DNA of 63,909 bases, filler included, from Octopus bimaculoides (lineage: Eukaryota): assembly GCF_001194135.2 (NCBI RefSeq). It is 7 parts of 5 records of this genome, joined end to end, with 100 filler letters (N's around TTAATTAATTAA, not from the genome) between each part and the next. Parts side by side here need not be neighbours in the genome. Positions count along the whole stretch, not along the records: positions 1 to 31,741 come from NC_068981.1; 6 more parts are not named here. One strand, 5' to 3'. Of this stretch, positions 13,481 to 24,252 are shown in pieces. The notes beneath the pieces are model-generated. The model had not been told where the DNA came from. It saw only the letters and a list, made by a program, of their open reading frames with translations, and did no database searches. The translations under genes and the position numbers were made by a program. How positions within the stretch are numbered: the first letter of the stretch is position 1; the number at the start of each line of letters is the position of its first letter.

Positions 13481-13754
13481 GCCACCACCACTACTGGCCA
13501 CTGCCACTACCACCACCACAGCCACCGCCACTACTGCTGGAGTTGGTGGTGGTGGTGGTTGTTGTTGTTGGTGGTTGTGGTGGTAGTGGTGCTGGCATTA
13601 CTGCTGCTACTGCTACTGCTACTACATAGTGCACATGTCCAAAATCACAACCCCAAATGAACCAATTGACTGCAAGTAAATCACCAACGCAGATAAACAC
13701 TATCCTCCCCTTCTCCTCCTCCTCCTTTCTTCCTCTGTCTCCTCTTCCTCATCG

Positions 13755-13788
<34 letters not shown>

Positions 13789-13832
13789 GGTCATCGTCAT
13801 TGTCATCATCATCATCATGGTCGTCGTCATTG

Positions 13833-13863
<31 letters not shown>

Positions 13864-13870
13864 ATAACTG
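12487..13870. repeat. Compound trinucleotide microsatellite block (CAC/CAT/TAC/GGT) around an N gap
   Basis: Runs are directly visible and account for the poly-H/S/Y/M ORFs. Confidence 0.9.
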
Positions 13871-14589
13871 TCCCTGTCAGAAACATTATACTTCATACAG
13901 TCATGGCAATGGTGAATGGGGCCAAAATATGTGATTCTTTGAGACGAAGGACAGGAAGAGAAGAGAGGAACAGGATAAAAAGGGAGCAAAAGAAATCATG
14001 AGAGAAGAAACAGTAAGACAAAGAGAGAGAATAAGACTGAGAAGACAAAGAAGGAGGGAGAGAGAGAAAGAGAGAAGGAGAGAGAAGAAGAGAGGGTGGA
14101 GAGAAAGATCTAGAACAGTGGTCCCCAAACTTTTCACAGTGGATCCTAACAATGGTTCCCAACCCTTTTATTGAAATGAGTTTTCCCACAGACCCCTTTT
14201 AATATGCTTATTTTTATGCATATATCATCATCATTCACCATCCGCCTCCCATGCTAGGATGGCTGGGACAGTTTCACAAGAGCTGGCCAGGCAGAAGCCT
14301 GTACCAGACTTCTGTGACTGTTTTGGCAGGATTTTTACGGCTGGATGCTCTTCCTAACACCAACCACCCAGCAGAGTGGTCTTAGTGATTTTTACGTGGC
14401 ACGAGCTCAGGTGAGGTCAGTTTTGGCGAGGTTTTTACAATTGGAAGCCTTTCCGAACACCAACCACATTACAGTGTGGACTGGGGGCTTTTAAGTAGCA
14501 TCTGCACTGACAGGGTCACCAAGTACTTGCAAGACGAAGAAACAAAAGAAAAAAAAATCATCGTCTCAAAGAATCACATAGATATACTC

Positions 14590-14920
14590 GTTTACTTGTT
14601 TCAGTCATTTGACTGTGGCCATACTGGAGCACTGCCTTTAGTCGAGCAAATCGACCCCAGGACTTATTCTTTGGAAGCCTAGTACTTATTCTATCAGTCT
14701 CTTTTGTCGAACCACTAAGTTACAGGGACATAAACACACCAGCATCGGTTGTCAAGCGATGTTGGGGGACAAACANNNNNNNNNNGCTTCTTTCAGTTTC
14801 TGTCTACCAAATTCACTCACGAGGCTTTGGTCGGCCCGAGGCCATAGTAGAAGACACTTGCCCAAGGTGCCACGCAGTGGGACTGAACCCAGAACCATGT
14901 GATTCGTAAGCAAGCTACTT
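14590..14920 (-). mobile_element. CORE-SINE family B
   Basis: CTTGTTTCAGTCATTTGACTG tail through ACACTTGCCCAAGGTGCCACGCAGTGGGACTGAACC head; CCTTGGGCAAGT resembles the CORE domain. Confidence 0.85.
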
Positions 14921-15318
14921 TATTTCATTAACGATTTGCCATGAAGGCATTACAAAGAGGGGACGAACAAAGACATACAAACATAAAGGGTGTAGTAGCT
15001 GCTATTTAGTGATTAAATACAAAAATATAATACAAAAATATAATTAATATATTACTAGTTTTCTTATTCGGTGTTGTGTCTGTGTTTGTCCCTGGCGTTG
15101 GTTTGTTCATGTCCCCATAACTTAGCAGTCTGACAGAAGAGACTGATAAGCCACCAGGCTTTAAAAAGATGTACTGAGATTGATTTGTTGAACTAAAATA
15201 TCTTCAAGGCAATAGCATGGCTGCACTCCAATGACTGAAACCAGTAAAAGGTAATATTCACATTAAAAGAAGCACTTCTTTGCCCCATATACAGTTCTTA
15301 ACAATGCAGAATGTGATT

Positions 15319-15620
15319 AAATGTATTATGACAATAACATATCTTTTAAATGTTAATTGTTGAGACAGTTTCCTTGTATATCATGCAAAGTCGTCAGTAA
15401 ACTATGATTCAAGATTCATGAAATATATTGGATGAACACTCTCAAATTATTGTACAAATCAATAAAGTAATAATTTAAACACTCCAACCAGAAAATCAAA
15501 CACAACTCTACCCAAACATATTTCGCTTATGAAATCAAGAAACTTAAATTTACATATAAATGGCAAGTTTTTGAAGTAGCAAGAGCTAACAGCTAATATA
15601 AAGGACATAACCTAGGTGAA
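15319..15620 (+). mobile_element. Decayed Penelope-like element GIY-YIG endonuclease remnant
   Basis: Manual translation KC..LLNVNC*DSFLVYHAKSSVNYDSRFMKYIG*T...NTTLPKHISLMKSRNL/KFTYKWQV matches the PLE pattern C..VY..YIG..TLSKHIW.LK..IKW; contains stops and a frameshift. Confidence 0.6.
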
Positions 15621-15863
15621 CTTAGCCATTTGATAAATGGTGATCAATACAATGACTACTTGACTAAGTGCTAGATTCAATAGAATTGACTAAATCTTTT
15701 GAAAGTGCTGTACCAACATTACTCATACAGTAGTATAACTGAAAGCAGATAATAAATTAAATGAAAATAACGAAGAAGAAAGATAAGATGAAGGAGGGAG
15801 GCAGTTATGGAGAAGGAAGCAAAGTAGAAGCAGACAAAGAGCATGGAGACAGTGAAGAGGAGG

Positions 15864-15932
15864 AAGAAGAAGAAGAAGAAGAAGAAGAAGAAGAAGAAGA
15901 AGAAGAAGAAGAAGAAGAAGAAGAAGAAGAAG
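15864..15932. repeat. (GAA)n microsatellite
   Basis: Direct observation. Confidence 0.95.
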
Positions 15933-16339
15933 GAAGTTGAAGAAAATAAGGTGTAGAAGAGAAACTAGATGCTCTGCCCACTCAAGCTTGACCTGGAGTC
16001 AAACAACAACACCAGCAACAACAACTATAAAATTCCCTAGGACAATAATGGTATCCATGAAAGACTTTTACAGATTAGGCATGGAAATGGAAATCTCAAT
16101 CATTGGCAGAAAGAAGATAATATCAATCTTAGTAAAAAGTGGAACACTTAGCTTAATAAAAGATGCTGCTGACTAAGAAAAGGGATAAAATAACTGGTCA
16201 TTCGAAATTCCATGAAATACATGCGCTTCACAATGAGCTAACATGGAATGCAGACATTAGCTCTGCTAAAAATAGCGCCCAAAGTGCTTTGAAATCCAAC
16301 ATTACTTTCTTCAGAGAAGAAGTATACAATGAGTATTGG

Positions 16340-16551
16340 TTTCAAATTTTGGCGCAAGACCTGCAATTTCGGGGGTGCGTAAGTTGACTACATCGATCCT
16401 AGTATTCAACTGGTACTTTATTCTATCGACCACGAAAGGACGAAAGGTAAAGTTGACCTCAGCGGAATTTGAACTCTGAATGTAAAGACGGACAAAATGT
16501 CTCTGAGCATTTTGACCGGCATGCTAACAATTCTGCCAGCTCGCCGCCTTA
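16340..16551 (-). mobile_element. SINE family A
   Basis: Ends in TTCTGCCAGCTCGCCGCCTT (reverse head); central GAAAGGACGAAAGGTAAAGTTGACC core. Confidence 0.8.
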
Positions 16552-16569
16552 GTAGACATTGAATATTGA

Positions 16570-17860
16570 AGTGGGATTAAGGACCGCATCTTCTATATGC
16601 TGGTCCCTGACGCTCGCAAAAGGAAGCGCCACTGTAATGTCATTTGGTTTGTCTCACCCTTCTCTCTCAGTGTTAAAACTTGCGTGGGAAAAACATTCCT
16701 TAGACTGGTGGACAAACACTTCACACAATCATAGATACGGACGTTTGTTTAATAGGCTCAACTTAAAAGTATCCTTCAGTTGCAAGCCGCGAGCAGAGGC
16801 AGGGTGCTCATGTAGAGTATACAAAGACTGTTCAGTGAGGCGTCGATGCGAAGCCGAGGGGATCGTGTATAAGGCTGAGGTGGTAATCGCCACTGGTAGC
16901 CAGAGTAACAGCCTAAGCAGCAACGGCACGTCCACTGACAACAACAACGACAACAATGACAGCGGCGGAGGCAGTAGTCTGTGTAACAGCATAAGCGGCA
17001 ACGATGCACCAACCGACAACAGCGACAACAAGAATGGTAGCGGCGAATGCAGCGTTTCAAGTAACAGAGGCAACAATACCAGCAGTTATAACAGCAGAAG
17101 CAGTACCTACTTTGCGGCCGGAAATAGCTGCTACGCCAGAAACAACGGAATCACCAGATTAACGTCCAGGAATATCGGCATCAGCAGCGACACCAGCAAC
17201 AACAACAACAACAACAGCAATGTCACCAGTTCCAGAGTTAACGGAAGAAACATCGACGTTGGTAGCACATCCAAAACACAGACACGAACATATGTCGGTT
17301 CGACAGCGTCCTCGTTTAAGCAGCGTCTGAACAACCACAAGTTCTGTTTTAGGATGCCAAAAACACGCACATCATGTTCCTGGCCAGCCATGTATAGCAC
17401 TTAAAAGAGGAAGGAACTCCATACATGAATAAATGGAAGCTCCCTAAGCAACCAGAGGCTTATATAAAAGGGTGCAAACGATGTAAGATTTGCATGGGTG
17501 AGAGGGTAAAAATCCCAAAAGCTCGCTCGACCTGCAGATCTTTTTAAACTCCAGGAAAGAAGCTTTCTGTCAATGCTCTCGTTTAAAACGTTTTCTACTT
17601 CAGGCTTAGAGTTCTCCATTCGTTGAATAGTTACTTCGAATATCACTATTGCCGGAGCCGAAATAAGAGGCTTCCCGCCCGTCCGCAGCACATACAATTA
17701 TTCTTTGTTTACAAAACCATCTAACCGTTACGTATTTCTTCCTCCAGTTGTAGAGAGGTTATGTGCCTTCAGCCATTTGAGTTTGACGAGTCGCCTATAC
17801 TGCTAAGGCACTTTATAGGTGCGAAACCGATGGTCACTCTATGATCGGCCATAACTTTTA
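16570..17860 (+). mobile_element. Penelope-like retroelement 3' part: RT-endonuclease linker, GIY-YIG endonuclease, C-terminal Cys motifs and pLTR with hammerhead
   Basis: Across three frames: RKRKRHCNVIWFVSPFSLSVKTCVGKTFLRLVDKHF; RLFNRLNLKVSFSC; CSCR..C.....C..GIVYKAEV; TYVGSTASSFKQRLNNHK; LASHV*HLKEEG..KW..CKRCKIC..ER; LNSRKE...C. These are recognisable PLE endonuclease motifs with at least two frameshifts. Confidence 0.85.
17779..17839 (+). ncRNA. Type I hammerhead ribozyme candidate in the PLE 3' region
   Basis: Stem I GAGT/ACTC, core UUGACGA, stem II G(T)CGCCTATA/TATAGGTGC, GAAA, stem III CC-GAT-GG, GUC cleavage triplet ending at 17835. Confidence 0.75.
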
Positions 17861-17886
17861 ACTTCCTGATATATATATATATGCCA

Positions 17887-18138
17887 AGCTTATTTCAGTT
17901 TATTATTTCTTTACTGCCCACAAGGGGCTAACCATAGAGGGGACAGACAAGGGATTAAGTCAATTACATCGACCCCAGTGCGTACTTAATTTATTAACCC
18001 CGAAAGGATGAAAGGCAAAGTCGACTTCGGCAGAATTTGAACTCAGAACGTAACGGCAGACGAAATACCGTTAAGCATTTCGCCCGGCGTGCTAACGTTT
18101 CTGCCAGCTCGCCACCTTACTTCAGCTTATTTCAGTTT
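17887..18138 (-). mobile_element. Young family A SINE with TSD
   Basis: 15-bp direct repeat AGCTTATTTCAGTTT at 17887-17901 and 18124-18138 flanks a near-complete copy. Confidence 0.85.
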
Positions 18139-19599
18139 CTGCTTATCAAATCCATTCACAAAGTTGACCGTGGGATACACAAAAGGTTGACCGAGGGATA
18201 CACAAAAATACTTGACCTAAGTGTCATACAATGAGACTGATCCAGGAAGCACTAGTTTGGGAAACAAACTTCTTAAACATACAGTAATCATAACAAAATA
18301 TTAAAAAGACAATATATTATTGCATGTAGTTTACAAACAATTTTTGTTTGCTCCGTAAAGCCAAGTACATTCTCTGTTAACAATAATTGCATTATGTTGT
18401 GATCATGTAACTTGGTTAGGCGATGGTGGTATTCCAGAACAATTGCGTTTGGTAAACTAAGTGAACCTATTATAATCGAACGTTGTGTAGTAAAGCGACC
18501 AACTCAAGCAACAACTTTAGGTTGTTAACATTAATTAACAGAACTGGAAACAGCAAACAGAATGCACTTAATATGACAGTTAGTTAGAACTTCAAAAGAT
18601 GCCTACCAGAACTTTAAAAATGTATACGAACAAATGAAGGAAAAAAAAAACCAAAAAGAATGTATAAATTGCCTTGTCAAGATTTCTTTTGTATAAAATA
18701 TTGCAGGAAATACTTTCATTCGTCGACATATTTAGCCATCAGAAACCATGCTGGTGTTAGCTAATCATCGTCACCGTCTTTATGGATATGAAAGAAATAG
18801 TGATTTAATTGATGTAATTAGGATTTAATTTGAAGCCCAGCTAGTTGACTGGCAAAGATTTTCCTTTCTTTGGCACATTCAACAACCATTAATGTACAGA
18901 CTTGCTATTTCGTTTCCTTGTTTCTGTTCTGCTACTACTATTACATGACCTTCTGCTTCTATGAACTATCAAGCTATCAACTAGTCTATACAATACAACA
19001 GTCTCTCCTGTTCTCATTGTTATTGCTCTGCCTTACTCACAAACTCTGTACAAAATAATCGTTCCTCTCAGAACTGCAGACTTTGGGATTTCTGTCCCTA
19101 TAAATTCTTTTTTTCTTACTGATAATAACTTAAAAGGTTTTCCGTTCTGTCAATATAATCATTCTTATAGGCTTGCAAATATCCTGAACATTACCTCTAA
19201 ATCTTCAACTGAAACAAATGGATGCCTAACTTTAACATCGAAACAAATGTCGTGCGGGTGTCATAAGATGGCATAACGGCTAAAATAATGGTTAGGGTTA
19301 TGGACAATTTACACTTTTGCAAAGTCTTGATTTGTAATAGAACAATTGTATTTACACATGCGTAACGCTAAAAACTGAATAAAAAACGTCAGGGGCAAAA
19401 TTGTACTTAAGCATTGTATTCCAGAGTAAAAAAAATATGAGGAGAGAAAATATATAACTGATTTCTAAGTACAAGAGTTGGTGTTGGGTCATGTTATAAT
19501 TAAAGTTGTACTGTTCTCAAGTCAATACAATGGATGTGACAAGCCATTTCGATTAACTATTCTATTGCAGAGGGAAACAATTTTCTACAAGCGTTCCAT

Positions 19600-20185
19600 T
19601 GTTGAAGTACTTTCGGCGGCATTCATCCACTGTGGGTTGAGCCGGCTCCGACCAACGAGTTCACACAGTCCTTTATAAATGCTGACCACATAAGACGTTC
19701 GGCCGATGCGGACACCGTAGCCATAGTCACCGTTCGTTGTTGAGGTATAGAGTTTATGTTCGGAGATTCGGAGATTTAGTGGGAAATACAAGTTCACATG
19801 TGGTGTCCGGTCACATGCATACACACTTTGGGACAGTGTGATCCGTAGCAGCAAATCTTGCCGTCGTCTGCCGACCGTTACAGAGGCATTCGCCGACCAA
19901 ATCATCGCTGGTTATCGGAGTAGATGTAGCCTGGGTTTGTATCGGGTTCTAGAGGCATGCTTTAACAAAAGCTAAGGGGTACCTCACCCCCAGTGATCTT
20001 ACAGCACGCCGGACACAACCTGGAATTTCTGACAGCCCATGCTATTGCTAGATAGGGGTTGAACCTACGCTAGGTTCATCCTTCCTTTTGACAGGCCTTG
20101 TTTTTAGTCCTGCTGGGGTTCTAGCAACCCTCCTCACCAAACAAACCTAGCAGGGGTGTCGGTTCAGTCGTCGACGACCCGACCA
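19600..20185 (-). mobile_element. RTE-clade LINE derivative with 5' UTR-like part close to the 3' end
   Basis: Minus-strand 3' end GCCGGCTCAACCCACAGTGGATGAATGCCG resembles RTE termini; the 5' part has GGTGAGGAGGGTTGCTAGAACCCCAGCAGGACTAAAAACAA, recalled as an RTE 5' UTR motif. Confidence 0.5.
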
Positions 20186-20479
20186 TGCATTGTTGATAGT
20201 ATGTCTGAGTATATATGTAGTGGTGGTGGTGACTGATTTAACTTTTAAGTTGGGAGTGAGTTGACACTCTACGTTCCGAGATCGATTCCTACCTCCTTGA
20301 CTTTACCTGTTGATAGAGTAAAGTACCAGTCTAGTAATGGGGTCAATCTAATAACTAATTCTCTCCCCATAAAAGTTTTAGCCTTACGCCTAAATTAGGA
20401 ACACTCCTCGTCGTCGTCGTCGTCGTCGACCTCCTCCTCCTCCTCCTCCTCCTCATCATCATCATCATCATCAGCATCA

Positions 20480-20695
20480 TCATTTTAACGTCTATATTTT
20501 TTTGCTTGCATGGGTCACACAGAATTTGCTGTAGCCCCTCCTGTCACCAACTCATCTGTTCGTAAGCAAAGTAATATTTCCCTTTGGCCAGGTATGCTTT
20601 CCGTGGAAGATTCGAAATGATCGACGCTGGTTTACAATCCTCACCTGATGTCAAGGCAAAAGCGTATACTTACTTGCACACGCTCAACCGCCACA

Positions 20696-20776
<81 letters not shown>

Positions 20777-20962
20777 AAAGATACACATATACATCAGGCT
20801 TCTTTCAGGTTCCGTCTGCCAAATACACTCACAAAGCAAAACTTTGGGTGGCCCGGGTCTACAATAAGAGACACTTATCCAACGTGTCGCACAACAAAGC
20901 CGAACCCGAAACCGCCTGATTGGGAAGCAGGTTTCTTGACCACACAGCCATGGCCTGCACCT
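20480..20962 (-). mobile_element. CORE-SINE head with RTE-like alternative tail
   Basis: Family B head and core at 20800-20962, central (CA)n(CT)n, tail ending (minus) GACGTTAAAATGATG; second copy at 48297-48678. Confidence 0.6.
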
Positions 20963-21779
20963 CATAGCCATGCTAGCATCTCATCATTAGTCAATTGGGA
21001 ATTGTTCAAAAAGGAATAGATTAATGCTTCAATTCTTTGAAATAAATGTTATTTGTTTTATTTTATCATTGCTAGATGTCATCAGATAGCGTAATACTAA
21101 TTGGAAGACATATTGAAACTTGTCATTCATGAAACGGTGTACGAGACGTATGAGGTGAGCTGATGATAGAAGCAATTGGCAAGTCATTACATTTAAAAGA
21201 TATGGAGAAATGAAAGATAGTACCTTTTGTACAGAGGTGAAGGAAGCTGGTGTTAATTTTGTGGACAGATATTGCGAAAAAGGTGATAGAGTTTCAGGGA
21301 CATGATGAATATTTAAAGCACATTAGTGTTTGTGAGAACATATGACGAAGTGAATCAATTTATAATTAATAGTAGAGGTATAATGCAGCCAGCTAGCCAA
21401 CCAGCAAGCTTCAGCACTATGCTTTAAGTAATTCTATTTCCTCAACCGAACAAGATACATTCTTGTTCATTTACTCAATGAGTCGCTTGTCATTTCTTCG
21501 TCAAATATGATGAAGGTTATATTTTGTTGAAGAAATCAGAATTACATCCAAGTATATTCAATACATTTTCCTCCTGTAATTTGCTGAAGGATTTAAAATG
21601 ACCTTAGTCTTTGATTTATATTGATTTTTACCTTCTTACCTAATTATTTCTAGCTAGCTTTTTCATGAAAATTAGCTTCTAAAAGCATATCATCTGCGAA
21701 ATCCACGGTTATTAAATGTTAGCAGATACGCTAACATTTCACCAGACTTCATTGATATTTTGGCCATTTATGTACTGAA

Positions 21780-22950
21780 AGTAGCCAGTACTGCATTAGG
21801 ACTCCCTTCAATGCTGCTTCCTAATTTCTGTGTATCCCCTCCAAAGCCCCTCTTAATATCAGACCCATGCAATTCACCTCCACTTAAACTTCACTATCCA
21901 TAGATCTAACTCCCATCTGTTTCCCTTATACTCTTCTGTTAACTCTGCTGCATATTATCCCACCTTCTTCTCTGTTGTTCCTTCTTTCTTCCTCTGCTTT
22001 CATCTCCCATGAAACAGTTAACTCCGTGAGGATCACAATATGTCACTCTTGGCGCAAGAACTAGTTCAGTTCTCAAGGTAATGTTCACCACTTCTGCTCG
22101 CATCATTTATCTCCCTTTCTAATCCATTAACACCTTCTCATAATCCATCAGTACTAACTTTCTACAAACACCTCACAAATTTAAAGTTTTTCACCTACTG
22201 TAGTCCCTTACCATTCTTGATTTGTAATGACTAACCCCTACGCACTGCCAGAATACTTGATTGTACCTCTAGGCTTAGACTGAGAGAAGAATGTCACAGC
22301 AAGACAACATATGATCCAGAAAAACCCTCGATTTCTTGCACATTTCACCTTCTTCAGTCGTCCATCTCATGCTGTACATCTCATGTAGACCCATTTACAA
22401 ACAGAATCGATCATGATGACATTGCCAGTAGATCGTTCCACTTCTGATCCACTTCACCCTATACACACTGAACTCCATGCTGCGTTGCTTTGTAGCCTTG
22501 TCTTCTCTTCCGTCTCTCTCTGACATATTTCAGCATCATTTACTGTTCTAGCTCTGCGTATTGAACCGCTGCTTCATAGCGAGAAAATCTGCACCTAAAA
22601 TCTCCTTTTTTTTTCATGCGTCAATGGTTTTGTCTGCTGCTTCTCTCTGTTCTCTTATAATCACTTCGAATTTAAAGCCTCGACTCGGAAATAATTTCAT
22701 TCTCAAACTCTCTCATCATCCAAACTAACTGACTTAGAACTTTCCAACCACGAACGGCAGTTGCCATTTCTCTGAACAGCCAAATGGTGACATGGGATAA
22801 TATTTCTGATACTCTCAGCCACTTCCTATGGTAATCGTTCATTTGCTGCATACTCTCTAACCTGGTAATGGTTGCTTCATAATCAAGTGGCTGCCAAGGA
22901 GAAATTAAAGTACAAAATAGTCTTTCTTTTATGTGCAATATTCTTTTGAG
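21780..22950 (-). mobile_element. Decayed RLE-type (HERO/R2-group-like) non-LTR retrotransposon: RT thumb, CCHC and endonuclease
   Basis: PWQPLDYEATITRLESMQQMNDYHRKWLRVSEILS resembles the thumb motif LWPL..YE...T.VE.ME..IN.YLR.WLG...SLS; LDHMLSCC..LSQ and LRTELVL..IVILTELTVSWE resemble CCHC and (P)D..ELTVPWE; many stops and frameshifts. Confidence 0.65.
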
Positions 22951-23899
22951 GATTGTATCCATATATCTTTTAAATAGAATTATACAAAAATTATGAGCTT
23001 TCGTAAGGTAGGAGTATAAGTTTGTCTTAAGAAAGAGCTGAATAAAAAAAGGAATAGAATAAAGTCGAAACAAGGGAATACAAAGCAAGATTAAACCAGA
23101 AGAAGGAAGAGAAGGTAGTTTAAATTTTACACCTGAATACGGCTATTTATCCTATGTACTTACACCTGTATACAGGTATTTATCATATGTATTTCTTTCC
23201 TTAAGTCACCAATATTTTCTCGACAAAGTTTCTGTTTTTAACGCTTTCACTATGTGTCTTTGATCGTGTTTAGGTTTTAAATAATCTCTCACAGGAATAT
23301 ACAGAGAACATAATTTGGGAAACCCAACCATTAAAACAGCTGGTCCACAGCCTATAGAAAATAATGAGTTTCAATAACTATCTAGGAGTATAGATTCAGA
23401 AAATAAAACGTTAAGCAATACTGCAAAGCTTGTGTTAGGTTTGGTGAATGAAATTACCTAGAGCGAGATGCAGGAAAATAATTCACTTAAAAACAATTTC
23501 AAAACCATTGTTACATAATTCTGATTACGATGGGAAATATTTGTAGATGAGGAGAATAGTTTTCTGGTGTTGAAAACATAAGTTGCGCCATAAAAAATAG
23601 ACTGCTGCGCACAGAGTATCTCATGCAGCAAAATTAATCTACAGCAGCGACGTGGACCAAGAACAGCAATAGGACTATGGTATAAATTTTTAAAATAGTG
23701 ACATATAGATATAAATAGTGCAACGTGTACCATTTGAAAGATCCGTACTGGTGAAACTGTACAGTAATTGACGTTTAGGTAGCCTATTACACATTTTAAT
23801 ACATACACAAATATGTCCTCTCACATTCCATGTACATACACACACACACACACACACTCACATATCTATAGATAGATATATTATAATAAACATGATAGC

Positions 23900-23958
23900 A
23901 AATATATCCCAAGGGGTATATAATATATTATGGGTAATATACCCCTTGGGATATATTT
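23900..23958. repeat. Perfect 22-bp inverted repeat with 15-nt loop
   Basis: AAATATATCCCAAGGGGTATAT (23900-23921) and its exact reverse complement (23937-23958). Confidence 0.9.
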
Positions 23959-24196
23959 CCTATTATATATTACGCAATGATCTGAAACGTACGTATTAAA
24001 TGCCTTCAAAATATCTTTATTTAGTTTGACTTCGTCATTGTAATTTATACAACTTGATGCCAGTACAACTAGCCAGTCCCGACTTCATTTACGTAGACAT
24101 GCTAGCAAGGATTCGGAATTGTTTGTTCTTTTTGATTCGAGCCGAAAATGTTGGTAACGTGCGACGTGCGTCTCTTCTAGGCAAACACGAAATATA

Positions 24197-24252
<56 letters not shown>

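Noticed and set aside
12409-13629. 406-aa ORF and similar long ORFs (3154, 27044, 36325, 37227, 62862)
   Set aside because: They consist of di/trinucleotide microsatellites and N gaps, so they are not genes.
14116-14200. hAT-like termini CAGTGGTCCCCAAAC (and CAGTGGTTCTCGACC near 38248)
   Set aside because: No matching second terminus or TSD was found, so element boundaries cannot be supported.
16559-17404. 281-aa ORF read as an intact host gene
   Set aside because: The N-terminus is off-frame PLE sequence and the domain is bounded by frameshifts; it is a transposon remnant.
19195-19208. Further micro-exon-like patterns (19195-19208 minus; 49488-49506 plus)
   Set aside because: They are not frame-preserving, are unlinked to other supported exons and are expected by chance in AT-rich DNA.
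22672-22890. Apparent terminal exon with a good acceptor (PLDYEATITRLE...ESRL*), faintly like a Cys-loop receptor M4 region
   Set aside because: The sequence fits the RT thumb motif of the adjoining minus-strand HERO-like LINE, and it lacks a hydrophobic M4.
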